In this document: piece after piece, positions 12,805-25,390 of the stretch
Layout: every line of letters starts with the position of its first letter
Numbering within the stretch: the stretch's first letter is position 1
Assembly (NCBI RefSeq): GCF_003918875.1
Contig: NW_025766581.1
Coordinates: 558,001 to 622,000, forward strand
DNA: 64,000 nucleotides
Origin: Haliotis rubra
Lineage: Eukaryota
Direction: 5' to 3'
The notes under the pieces: model-generated
Told to the model about the DNA's origin: nothing
Databases searched by the model: none
What the model saw: only the letters and a program-made list of their open reading frames with translations
Program-made: the position numbers and the translations under genes

Positions 12805-12972
12805 TACTGAGAGAAACAAATAAAGGAACACAGAAGAACTCAAGCGTTCCTTTAATATTTTCCAGTTTTCATCACCAGCTTTGAACAGCGCTGTATTCAA
12901 ACAGATGAAATATGAGAATAAATAAATGAACACTGCCATGGAGTGGTGTTCCCATATTTGTTTCCTTCAGTA
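12805..12972. mobile_element. Tc1/mariner-type MITE downstream of the CHMP6 stop (probable 3'UTR)
   Basis: TIRs tactgagagaaacaaataaaggaacac and gtgttcccatatttgtttccttcagta; TA flanks. Confidence 0.75.
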
Positions 12973-14184
12973 TATTTATCTAGCAATTCAAGTCTGTTTT
13001 TCTTTGTAAACTTCCTGATTGTTAGGTATCTGATAGGTTTGGTTTGTGTTTTGATTTCTTAATTTGAAATCAACATTGTTAGCATGGACGGAATCATGCT
13101 ATGTGTATCTTTCAAGCATACTGACTTACACAACATGCATGTCACATTAGTATATTACATGCAATCATAGTGTTCAAATATTTGTTGCGATTGATGTATT
13201 GGTTAGGATGTTCTTGTCATGATAACACATGTAATACATATAGTGATAAAAATAATGTGAAATGTTTACATCCTTGCATCAGGAAAATTTATGCTCATCA
13301 ATCATGGTGAAAAACAAGAGTTTCCTCAAGGAAAATAGTTTTATCTGGTCCAGATGTCTAAGGTGATGGAATTTGCTGTGCAGAGTTGTGTCCCTTTTGC
13401 ACATCAGGTATTAATGATTATGTGTTTAAAGAATAGACTAGTACTGATTAATATTATGACCAACTTGTGCCATTCCATAATAAGCTGAAGGTAGCCATGG
13501 TTAGGTTACTGCAAGATGTAAGTGGTGATGTGTGGCCCAGATCACGCCTCTGGGTTCGTCAGCCCTAAACCCTGCTCATGCCTTCAGCAAACTGGTACAC
13601 ATTAGCATTTCGTGCTCATCACACAGACAAATCATGACATGCCTGAAATACTGTTAAAAGCAACTCCCTATTTTACATATTGAATTATGTAAGGTAGAGT
13701 GAACATCAGTCATTTAATATTGATTGAAAGGGCAATAAGTTAAGATTGTGTTAAGTATGTTGTGTTTTGTGTTTGGTTCTACATAAAACTTGTAGGGCAG
13801 ACAGAAAACTGTTACAAATGTTGACAAAATGCTGGATTTCTGATGTGAAAGATCAGTTGATTGTATTTTATTATGAAATAAATGGTACAGTCTCTCTTAA
13901 ATTGTGAAAGTTTACTTTCACATATTAACATTGTAATAATTATTAGTAGCTATGATTTTCTAGTACTGTATTTGGAAAATAAGTAATAACTGTATGTTAA
14001 AGATTCCTTAGTTTACATGACATTTATATATTTCCTATTTAAACTGATTGTATATACATATTGTAAATGTGGTGTACATCAGAATCTGTAGAAATAATAA
14101 ACACTTTATTTGTAATGATTTTATAGTCATTAGAGAGCAGAGGTTATACAACATTTAAACTGTATGATCTTTTTTCAGCATCTA

Positions 14185-14525
14185 CACCGGGGTTAGAATA
14201 TTGATCTTCAGTAACCCATGCTTGTCCTAAGAGGCCACTAACGGGATCGGGTGGTCAGGCTCGCTGACTGGGTTGACACATGTCAATATTGCTGAGTGGG
14301 ACGTAAAACTAAACTCACTCATTCTACGTGACACAGACAGCTGTTTTTGTTTGAGGCCTCTAACTGATCGTTGATTTAGTTGACACATGTCATCGTATCA
14401 GTTGCGTGGATTAATGCTCAGGCTGTTGATCACTGGATTGTCTGGTCCACACTCGATTATTTATCCAAACCCCGACATATAGCTGGAATAGTGGAGTGCA
14501 GCGTAAAGCTAAACTCACTCACTCA
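14185..14525 (+). mobile_element. Two adjacent partial family B copies
   Basis: Internally deleted copy at 14185-14323 and 5'-truncated copy at 14378-14525. Confidence 0.8.
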
Positions 14526-16020
14526 CAAGAGGTTTCAGGAGAAAGGTACAGGTTTCATGTGCAGTCACTTCGGGTGAACATGTGGTCTCACCTTAGGCAG
14601 GTGACTTTGTTCAAACTGACTGTTCGCCCAGCAGTGAATAGGTAACCGGTGGGATTAGATGGTTTTATGACTGTTAACCACCTAGTGTCTCCCAAGACGT
14701 TTGGGTTATAGTGTACACTGATCCATTGGCCGGGTAATAATGTTAGAGCTGTGAGAATACACTTGGTGTATGGATGTTACCACGATGAACGCACAATATT
14801 ATCTTGTAAAAGTTGTTGTTGTTATTATTACCTTATTGCCGAGTACATGTACATGCCATTTTGTAGGCTGTTTTGCAATATAGCTTAACAGAATATGTTG
14901 TATCAAGCTGTTTTAGGGATAGCCTAGTGGTTAAAGTTTTCACTCATCCTGGACAAACTGGAGGAACTTGGAGTAGTCAAGCACTTGCAGTTAAAGGCCA
15001 CAAAAAGCCATCCATGAGGATATAAATACAATGTTAGGGAAAGAGACCTCTTCCTATGCCACGGTAAAAAGGTGTACAAGAGGGTATAAGCGTGCCAGGG
15101 AGAGCCCAAAACACCAGAAAAGATCCAGCCTGCTGCGCTAACGCTTCCTGATATAATGTGCTGCAGTGAATGAGTGATCTTCATATTGCTCCTTCAGTAG
15201 CCATTTCTCATGAAATGCACCGTCAATTATGACAGAAACTTTGGTATTGAAGAAGGTATCAGCTTGTTGAGCTTCAAAGCTAGTGACATCTGATCCAATG
15301 CACATCTTGTGATAATCTCTGTGTGAAGCTGATCGAGAAAGCTTCTTGCAACGATATACGACTGAAGTTAACATCTGGGTTTACGGAAATCAAAATGACA
15401 TTCTACCAGTGTTCACGTTCCTCAAGTTTGTGAATTTTCCAAAGGTGACAGGTTTCACAGCCAAACAACTGGCTAGCAAGTTGTCATAGCTTAAGGACAT
15501 CATGTAATGTCCACAATTTTTGTTTTAGGTAGTTCCGTCTATGTGAAGCTCAACTGTTGTAAGTTAAACCTCGCAGAGGTCGTGTAAGATATCATACTCA
15601 CACATTCGCTTGTAACGACCATTATTCGAGTGTATTTTAGAATATGTTGTATCGAGCAATATTTTGGTGAATAAGGAGTTGGGGTACACTGGGTACCCGC
15701 TTGTCTCCTGACCAAGTATAGTAGGGCTGTTTGTCATTTCTAATCTGGTCTGCATGGTTCTGGTTCGTTTATTTAAAGGCCATTCACCCACTTCAAGCGT
15801 CACATGGCGGTGTCCCTTCAGCTTAGAAGCCATTGGTCTTGTGTAAATCAATCGAATCGATAACAGCATTAATGTTAAAACGATTCCCGTGTTCTGCAAG
15901 AGCCTTTGCACTAGCCGACTCTGAAACCATTAATCATTTCTTCAGTGCTTCACTATGTGTTGATACTACTGTGTTGCTTTTTGTTATGTTTCGTCAGATA
16001 CATATCTAGATTATGCGTAT

Positions 16021-16200
16021 CTAACGGGATCGGGTGGTCAGGCTCGCAGTGTCTTCACATGTCATCGGTTCCCAACTGCGCAGATCAATGCTCATGCTGT
16101 TGATCACTGGATTGTCTGGTCCAGACTCGATTATTTACAGACCGCCACCATATAGCTGGAATATTGCTGAGTGCGGCGTAAAACTAAACTCACTCACTCA
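16021..16200 (+). mobile_element. 5'-truncated family B copy flanked by a 43-bp direct repeat
   Basis: Family B body and tail; flanks 15978-16020 and 16202-16244 differ at one base. Confidence 0.88.
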
Positions 16201-18706
16201 GTTTTTGTTATGTTTCTTCAGATACATATCTAGATTATGCGTATAATTAAATTGTCTCATTTCACAGAGTAAACTAGGAAACGTCAATTCCGGGTAAGAA
16301 CATTGGTTCGGATCAGCTTTTGTTTGTAAGCTACGATTAAATAGATGAGTTGTCTGGGTGAGGCCTTTGTCACCGTAATTCCAGTTGCGATGCTCGATGC
16401 TCATGTTATCAGTCACTACACTGTCTGTCCACACTCAACCATTTATAACAGCCGTTAAACGGTGGCGAAGGAATTCCAGGCTACTATGATCGGCGTTAAA
16501 ACAAACATACGACTCCTCGGCCACGTGGAGAACAGAATGATAGCTGGGAAATTCATTTTTAGTGATGTTTATTTCTATCTGTCGGACTCTCATTACATAG
16601 GAAATCGGATAAAGAATGCATGTGATGATGATTGTTTTAGTAGTGATACATCTCTACATGTCTGTCTGCTTCATAAAACAACATTCATTCACTCGCTAGT
16701 TCTGAGATTAGCTTTACAGGCTATATATATGCATCATATAAAAGCCTGATCCAGAGTTCGTGTTTCACACCATGCCTCATAGTTTCAGAACTTAATGCAA
16801 GTATGACCTTTATTTAACTGTACTATAATTTGAATTTACGTAAATAAGTCGCATGTTAAATGGCTAAACTGCAAGGGGTGAGTGAGTATAGTTTTACTTT
16901 CAGCAACATTACCACAGGAGACACCAGGAATAGTGTTGACTCGCACCCATGCGGCGAACAGAACCAGGACCTCTTGAACTACTAGGCTACCTTATCTTCC
17001 CCTATTTAAAGTATGTAGTTTTTCAGCCCGAAAGAATATGCTTTACAAACGGTTCGTTGACCGTGAATATATGAACTGTAAATCTAATGCCAACTCCATA
17101 ATAATAGAGTAGCATCTGTCCTGTTCATGTACAAAATGGTTTCCTGGTTGTTTTATATACAATATCTCCACAGCAAAACCATTATTGCGCATCCTAACAT
17201 ACTTCCCTTGTGCCCTTTGTATCTCTCCTAAAGACCGTGTGATTGTTATTTGCAATTTACAAAATGTCTTCCAGTGTCTTCAAAGGTTGACAATGATCCC
17301 GGTTTAATACCCCATTGTTTTCTTCATACTGTATATATTTTGGAAGCTAGAATAAGCAAGCTCCTTTCTTCTAAAACAGTGTACGAGAAACATAAACTTA
17401 AAAGGGATTGAGAACGCTCAATTTACAATGGTGAGTCCTAAGATTTCACATTGATTAAGACTTTGCTTTAGGTTCGAGTCACTACATGGCTGAAATATTG
17501 CCGATGTGACGTTAAATTGTTTCTCACTCACTCACTTTAGGTTCGAAAAAACATACCGAACTAACCAATAACTATTTTGTCAGATTGAAATTTGATTTTG
17601 GCTTTATTATATTCCCTATGAAAACATTTATCGTATGGCGCTTGATAATACACATTTTGATATTGTCTTGTTTCGTTGTGTAGCTATATGAAGGCGGCCT
17701 ATAATACTCGAATCAGGACCAGACAATCGAGTGATTGATATCATGAGCACAGAATGAGTAATTTGGACACAATAAAACAATATGCTGCGACACAAAGACA
17801 TTGTACAGTTACATGCTCCCTGTAACAGGGAGCGTATAAGTGATAGTTTCCTGTTCATACCTTGATGACGACACAGATACGATGTTATCATGACTTCGCT
17901 CCCAGTAACTCCAGTCAAGTGGAAATGATATTCGTGACGTCATGACAGGTGCGCTTCAAATCCGTGTTTGTGTACCGAATATGATGTAAGTACATACGCT
18001 CTGTTACCTGGGACTGCGGACATGCTGATATCAACAGACTATTGTTTATTATTTGCAAAGTCATAAACAGCTAGGGTGTGTTGTGTGCCTAAAGGATCAC
18101 ACACGATTTGTGACCTCTAGCTTAACTCCGCCAATGTCTACGCATAAGTGGTAATGACTATGTGAATGTTAAGTCCTTTTGAGAACACATGGAGTTGATC
18201 ACCAGTTTACAAGTGATCTGAAGTAAGATATATCTAATACGGACAAATATGTTAAGACAGTCTGATAAGAGACAAGGACAGTCTTCTGTACGCGTTCTGC
18301 TTAAGTAGTATTCAGGTCTGTGAACCGAGCGCTGAAAGTTGAAACCCAATTGTTTTCTTTGGATGGTTGATTTGTTCGTGCCGGTTAAGACACGAACCAG
18401 ACAAACGACCCATAAAGGAATTTCAAAAGTACAGTTATTTCGCAAACAGCCCGGGGTCTCGATCGCAATCGAAAACAAAGCCAATATTTACCATCAGAAC
18501 TACCATATGGGTGGCTCGGCTAGAACTTAATTATCTGAAACGGGAGGAGCTATTTGTATGTGAACAATGGCGAGTTTCCGTCAGGATTTTTAAAATGCTT
18601 TCAAGCATTCGACAAGAGAGTCGATATGTCAATCATGGATCGATAGCAGGCGTGGCTAAGTGGGTCTACACTCGTAGTGTATACAGCATAGATGATGGCA
18701 GATAGC

Positions 18707-18770
18707 AGTCGACAGAAAGCAGACGACAGAAAGCAGACGACAGAAAGCAGACGACAGAGAGCAGACGACA
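18707..18770. repeat. 14-bp tandem repeat (gcagacgacagaaa)
   Basis: About 4 copies seen directly. Confidence 0.85.
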
Positions 18771-19723
18771 GTGAGCGGACGACACTTGTTGCCGGGTGCT
18801 GTCACAATGCAGAAGGGAGGTTTGGAATGAGCGAACAACTTGCTGCTATTGACCTGTAGAAGAGGACACATTTGACCGTTATGGTGATTGCTTTCATTCC
18901 TCTTTGTTTCTATTATACCACGTCTGGCCTAGGTACGATAGGCATTCTGTTCCTTCTTTGTAGCGAGACTAACACATTATGACACCTACCTATTGACATT
19001 GAAATTTTGCCTTTTGCTTGTATAATGACAAATGCCGGGCCTGTACGAATGTGAACCTTTATTGGTATCCGCTTTCACCGGGAGCTGTTTATTGGCACAT
19101 CATAGTGACAAGAGTCCTGGGCTAGCAATACAGGTCTTGATCCCAGTGTTTATTCAATACCAGACATAGGAACCGAACGTGCATTTTGTGCACCTAAGTG
19201 TCAGCCCTTCACTTACCAAAATGCCAGATCTTTAAATGTATCGTGGTTATTTACCCTATTGAACGAACAGTCGGAGCCACGTCCACTATGGCAGGCAGGT
19301 TGGTTTAGCTCACCTATGATCGACGAGGCAACGAGAAGTGGAATCTGTAATTAACCGCAAACCTTCATATGTTCGGGCGATAACAGCGATCTCGCGGGCT
19401 TAAGGTAAAGACTATCAGAATGTAAACTTTGATTTATTTGTTTGATTTGTTGGTTATCACTTTCAAACAATACCGGGAAGGTGACCGACTGACTATGTTT
19501 GCAGTACCACTACCCGTTGTTACTATGTGTGCTGTATGTGGTCGACCTTGCGACCTGCCATTGTAATGTAACACGACAATGCTATTAATGTAGGCCTACT
19601 TACTTTCATCACCATTTAGCAATTGTCCATTAACACATACCCTTAAATTTCAATTGAAGTTATGGATTATATATTCTATTTTACCTATGTATTTATCATT
19701 CACCACTGGCATTTTTCAAAAAC

Positions 19724-19893
19724 TAGTGGTTAGAGCGTCCGCTCGTCACGCCGAAGACCTGGGTTCGAATCCCCACATGGGTGCAATGTGTGAAGCCCAT
19801 TTCTGGTGTCCCCCGCCGTGATGTTGGTGGAATATTGCTAAAAGCGGGCTAAAAGCCAAATCACTCGCCCACTCACTCACTCACTCACTCACT
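19724..19893 (+). mobile_element. SINE family A
   Basis: Partial A box, B box, body and (ACTC)n tail. Confidence 0.88.
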
Positions 19894-20458
19894 ATAAGAC
19901 ATGTCATTGTTCATACATGTAAATACTTGACGTCCTATATCGTTGTCTACATAAAACCACGGATTGTTATTTTAGGAAATCACGGACATGAACACTGACC
20001 GCTTTATGACAAAGCGAGACGCACAGAAATGATGGTCAGTTGCTCACTGGTCAGTTTACTTGAAAACCTAGCTACTCATTCTTGACTGGAAGAGGATACG
20101 TAAACACATTGGTATACACAGTAAACAGTTTGATATGTTGAGCAAACTCAGGGTTTTAAGTCTTAAGAAGTCCCCCTGCTGTCTACAAATACTACGTCTA
20201 CCGTGCATGTCACTGCTCACTTGTGTGGTCCCCACGAGGATCATGTCACACAAAACAGTCTAACGTAGATTTACGGTAATCGGTACACTACGACTTTCGT
20301 AACACCTTTTACGTACGTAGATTCAGTCAGCGTAACAATGCGGCTGTCGGAAGTCCTTTCCGTACGTTGAAGCACGGCAGTCACACAATTGCGTTTATCG
20401 TCTTTGCGGTATATAGTCGTAACGGTTCTGTTGTCTTAATTTCTTTTCTCTACGTAAA

Positions 20459-20630
20459 GGGGCGGTGGGGTAGCCTTGTGGTTAAAGCGTTGGCTCGTCA
20501 CGCCGAAGACCCGGGTTCGAATCCCCACATGGGTACATTGTGTGAAGCCCATTTCTGGTGTCCCCCGCCTTGATGTTGCTGGAATATTGCTAAAAGCGGC
20601 GTAAAACCATACTCAGTCAGTCAGTCAGTC
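20459..20630 (+). mobile_element. SINE family A, AGTC-tail variant
   Basis: Full length; TSD tctctacgta. Confidence 0.9.
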
Positions 20631-20951
20631 TCTACGTATATTTACGGTAGTCATAAAAGAGCGATTAATGTAACATATTTTCTCTACGTAAATTTAGAGA
20701 AGTCTCACTGCTAAGATCGAAGTGGTACAGATATTACGCACGCATATCTTCTTACCAATGGCCCACAATAAGCTCTTGTTAACAGTTGTTTTTTGTGCGT
20801 TAAACAGGGTGACATAATTACAATGAGAGTATTGTTATTTAGATGGCATGTGTGTTGGTAACAACCGCCATTAGTGTGTCGGAGTAACGTAATAACGATA
20901 CTGTCGCAAATTGATTCGAGTTTCAAACAGGCCACCATACTCCATGTTTGT

Positions 20952-21115
20952 GGGGCTGTGGTTTAACCTAGTGGTTAAAGCGTCCGATCCCCACGCTTAG
21001 GATCCGGGTTCGATTCCCCACATGGGTAAAATGTGTGAAGCCCATTTCTGGTGTCCCCCGCCGTGATATTGCTGGAATATTGCTAAAAGCGGCGTAAAAC
21101 TAAACTCAGTCAGTC
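20952..21115 (+). mobile_element. SINE family A
   Basis: Full length; TSD tccatgtttgt. Confidence 0.9.
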
Positions 21116-21859
21116 CATGTTTGTCGTGAGAGCTAATGGAATGGATGTGAGTATATAATAACAACGTGTCACCTACCCGGTCGTGTGTGATCGTTCCCCG
21201 TCGAGATGTAATGTTCGTGCTTTCACTGCTGTATTCTGGTCAGATCGATTATTTACAGGCCGACAAGATAAGGCTGGAATATTTTTGGCAATACTCACGA
21301 CCTAATTCACTTCATTTATTGTAGGCGTGGGTTGGTCGGTTCGATTGGTCTTAGGACTGTATCACATTCTGCTGATAATTCCCCACTACTTGTGAACAGT
21401 GTCCATACCTCCCATTACATGTATTCTGTTTATCATGTCTCTCCCACACACACTGTGGCCACATTCAACCCCTTCTGAAGTCTACATTTCAGGTGTAAAA
21501 TAGTAATTCAGTATCATTATGACCAAAGGGAGAATCATACTTATTCATCAGATAAAATGAAAAGTAATTTGTAAGAAATGTTTACAAACTCTGACTTGAA
21601 CCCCAAATATCTGTCTAGGCTTTTAAAATGGAACATTGTACACCCAAACCGTCCTTTAATGGTGGGTCTTAAGTCAATGTAATTATACTTGCTATGCTAT
21701 GTACCAGTATTGTAAACTTAACCTTCTGTATCAGATCTTATCCGGCTTTGCAGTCTTACCGGACATCCACCTTCTAAAATAATTATCCAGTCCCTAAGAT
21801 ATCATGTCAATTTGATGAACTGACGCAACGAACTGACAATAGTGTACTTGACAGTGTTA

Positions 21860-23154
21860 TAGTCTGACCAGAAATTATTGAGAATTTTAGGAATATGTTT
21901 AATTGGATTTCTAGTATAAACAACCTTGACAAGCTATCAAGTGTTTGGTTTCATTCAAGAGAGACAACTCCGTTAATCCTTTTTCATTAGTTTGTGAAGA
22001 GTTATCCACCTTTGTTTACTTGCTAGCAGACAACATTTTCAGTGATCCTCAGTATGGATGTTTTAGAGAATAGGAAGTTGATTTTAGAGTATTATAACAA
22101 GGACATCAGATCAGCTAAAGGCATTTCAAGTAGAACAGGCATCCCTTTGTCCACTGTTTATCGTGTTTTGAAAAATATTGCAAATGGATATGGCATTGAG
22201 CACCAGGGAGGCGCAGGTAGGCCCAGAAAATTGACTGTCGGTGACAGGAGGCGGCTTGGTATTCTTGTTTCTAAAAACAAACGAAGGAGTTCAGAAAATG
22301 TAAGGCTGGATATGATTGATAGAGGAACTGTGGCTGTCTGTAAGGAGACAATTAGAACTGAGCTGCATGCAATGGGTTGGCAGAAAGTCGAGGAATTCCA
22401 TCACCGATCATGAAACCTGAACAAAATGAGCGAAGATTGAACTGGTGCTTACGGCATAGAAATTTTAACTGGGACAATGTGATTTTGTCAGATGAAAGTT
22501 CTGTGTGGCTGTTTCCTAATACACTGAAATTCTGGACCAAACAAACTGAAAACCCTTTGTATTAGCGCCCAAAGTACAGTCCGAAATGTAACGTTTGGGG
22601 GGTGGCATATCTGTGTTAGGGGCAACGCCCCTCTGTGTATTTGAAGGGAATATGAACAGTGAGCGGTACACAGATATCCTTGAGGGACATTTACTTCCAT
22701 CTGCTCACGTGTTCTATGGAAATGTTTGGATTTTCCAGCAGGACAACGACCCAAAACATCGTTCAAAGCATTCACAGGCCTGGTTTCGGACCCAAAATAT
22801 GACATTATTAGATTGGCCAAGCTATAGCCCTGACCTAAATCCAATAGAAAATGTTTGGGGACTTATGAAGGAAAGTGTCAAGAAGAAAAATCTGACAAAT
22901 ATTGCTGAAATGAAGGAAGAGGTGGTCCGATATTGGGACAGCATGGACCACGATTTTCTAACTTCTTTGATCATTAGTATGCCCCGCCGCATTGAAGCCT
23001 GCATTGCTGCCCATGGTGACTTGACAAAATACTAACTGTTCACCTGTCTTTGAATGTGGAGTTATGTTCTGCTAATATTCACATTTAATACGTGAGAAAT
23101 GAGTGAAATTATTTTTTACAATCTTTAAATTCTCAATAATTTCTGCTTGTACTG
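21860..23154 (+). mobile_element. Tc1-like transposon (DD34E), frameshifted
   Basis: TIRs tagtctgaccagaaattattgagaattt and aaattctcaataatttctgcttgtactg; TA TSD. Transposase 22054-23035 in three pieces: HTH IPLSTVYRVL, GRPRKL, VILSDESSV, FQQDNDPKH, WPSYSPDLNPIENVW. Confidence 0.93.
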
Positions 23155-23328
23155 TATATTTATTGTATCTGTTTAACTTCACAGGAGTCGATAAAGCGAA
23201 GGTCCATCAGCTCCTGCCAGTCTGAGGACGGACAGTCCGGCTACAGTGGAGAACCCCCGATATCACCGTCCAAAAGTCGCTTTCCCATTCACCTGCAATC
23301 AAGCAGCATTCTGGAGAGCGGTTGCAAG

Positions 23329-24645
23329 ATGTCTGTGTCCAATAATCTCTTCTACGCTGTGTTAAAGGCTCGGTTTCAGAGAACACGGTTCCTTCTGGAC
23401 AGATTCACTGATGTTAACAGTCGCAACGACTTCGGTTACAACACTCTCGTGGCAGCTCTTCACATAGAACACGACGTCAAGCGAGACAAGATGTTTACGA
23501 TGTTACTACGACACGGCGCAGACCCACGGAAGAAGGACTTGGCCCATGGGAGGAACGCCTTGTCTTGGGCGTGTCACCTGGGGCGGGAACAACAGGTGGA
23601 GCACCTCCTGCTGGATTATGGAGGAGATATGGACCTAGCGGAGAGGGACAACGATGGACTGACAGCCCTACACCATGCTACACACGCGGGCTGCATGAAT
23701 ATCGTGAAGCTTCTGATCCAGACTCTTCTCAAGTACAGACTCTCTGTAGACGTCCAGGACAATCAAGGAATGACGCCCTATGTGCATGCGAGAAGGTTGG
23801 GGTTCAAGGAAATCGCTGAAATACTAAGACAAGAAGGTAGTGCATCTCCAGCAAAGTCAGATTCCAGGTTCTTCAAGTCTCCTCGTGAGTGGTCACAGAT
23901 AGGGAAGTTCGAGCGACAGAAAGGCGAAGAGATCAGGCGAAAGGAGGAGAGGATCAGGGCAAAGATTGAAGGACGCGTTACCAGGTTTAAATTCGGGAGT
24001 CCGTTTCACGGTTCGGATTTAACTAGAATTCAAATCCCCGAAGAGTCGGGACAAGAGAAATTGTTTGTGAAGAGGACTGTTATCAAAGCAGAGACCGAAA
24101 GTGACAGTGTTCAACGCGAAACCAATTCTCTTCCCCCGGATGTAACATCTGCTATGGCAACCCCGGATAATGCGAGGGTGCGGCCAAAGTCAGACCGACT
24201 ATATGATGAGCCTGATGGATCTAAAGGGGGCTCCCAGGGTGTTGCTATATCCCTTATTGGACTGTCAGGAACAGAACGAGGTCGCATAGCAGACACATTT
24301 CACCACAGTGAGCTTGACACCACCAAAGTGTCGGAATATACTGAGATGCTGGGAGGCATACACGCCTTAATGACCATTCTGTCTCACGAAAAAACACCAT
24401 CCTTTCGAAAATCAGTGGTTCACGAAGCCCCTCCCGTCCCCAAGATCCCACAGAAGAACAAATCCAAAGTTTCGACGCTAGCCATTCTGTTCGGGAAAGA
24501 AAAGGTCAAGAATAAGAGGACGGGTCGGAAGGGGAAAGGGGTCAAGGACAAAATGGACGCCCGGAAGCGAAGACAGGGTCTTCTCGGTGGCAAATCAAAA
24601 CAGGTGGTACTACCGGATATAAGGTTAAATGATCGTGCTGTTTGA
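23329..24645 (+). CDS. Ankyrin-repeat protein (ANKRD34/ANKRD63-like architecture), 438 aa, single coding exon
   Basis: About 4 N-terminal ANK repeats (GYNTLVAA, GRNALSWAC, GLTALHHA, GMTPYVHA) and a basic low-complexity C-terminus. Good start context (aagATGt) and an upstream acceptor ttcacag at 23184. Confidence 0.88.
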   Translation: MSVSNNLFYAVLKARFQRTRFLLDRFTDVNSRNDFGYNTLVAALHIEHDVKRDKMFTMLLRHGADPRKKDLAHGRNALSWACHLGREQQVEHLLLDYGGDMDLAERDNDGLTALHHATHAGCMNIVKLLIQTLLKYRLSVDVQDNQGMTPYVHARRLGFKEIAEILRQEGSASPAKSDSRFFKSPREWSQIGKFERQKGEEIRRKEERIRAKIEGRVTRFKFGSPFHGSDLTRIQIPEESGQEKLFVKRTVIKAETESDSVQRETNSLPPDVTSAMATPDNARVRPKSDRLYDEPDGSKGGSQGVAISLIGLSGTERGRIADTFHHSELDTTKVSEYTEMLGGIHALMTILSHEKTPSFRKSVVHEAPPVPKIPQKNKSKVSTLAILFGKEKVKNKRTGRKGKGVKDKMDARKRRQGLLGGKSKQVVLPDIRLNDRAV

Positions 24646-24799
24646 CGCACCTGCAAACATTTTGTCCTTTCGGAGAACACCTGGTGTCATCAGTGATCCA
24701 GTCTTATAATTTTTCACAACTGTTTTTTCCCTTTACACCAAAAGGGATGCTTTTGATTATAACTGAACTCAGCAGTCTGTTTATAGATCGGATCATGTG

Positions 24800-25390
24800 A
24801 CTCGTATTATTCGACTGGTATTCAGGATTATTTGGCTGGTATTCAGTATAATGCTACTAGTAGTCAGTATAATGCGACTAGTATTCAGTATTATTCGACC
24901 GGTATTCAGTATAAAGCTACTACTAGTCAGTATAATGCGACTAGTATTCAGTATTATTCGACCGGTATTGCTACTGCTAGTCAGTATAATGCGACTAGTA
25001 TTCAGTATTATTCGACCGGTATTCAGAATAATGCTACTAGTAGTCAGTATTATGCGACTAGTATTCAGTATTATTCAACCGGTATTCAGTATAATGCTAC
25101 TATTAGTCAGTATAATGCGACTAGTATTCAGTATTATTCGACAGGTATTCAGTATAATGCTACTAGTAGTCAGTATAATGCGACTAGTATTCAGTATTAT
25201 TCGACCGGTATTCAGTATACTGCTACTAGTAGTCAGTATAATGCGACTAGTATTCAGTATTATTCGGCTGGTATTCAGTATAATGCGACTAGTATTCAGT
25301 ATTATTCGACCGGTATTCAGTATAATGCTACTAGTAGTCAGTATAATGCGACTAGTATTCAGTATTATTCGACCGGTATTCAGTATAATG
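24800..25390. repeat. Minisatellite of 21-bp monomers forming a 63-bp trimer
   Basis: gtattcagtattattcgaccg / gtattcagtataatgctacta / gtagtcagtataatgcgacta cycle about 9 times. Confidence 0.93.

Noticed and set aside
14924-15911. Possible LINE or transposase relics in minus-strand ORFs
   Set aside because: Only faint motif echoes (QADT, YPNSLF), which cannot be supported without a search.
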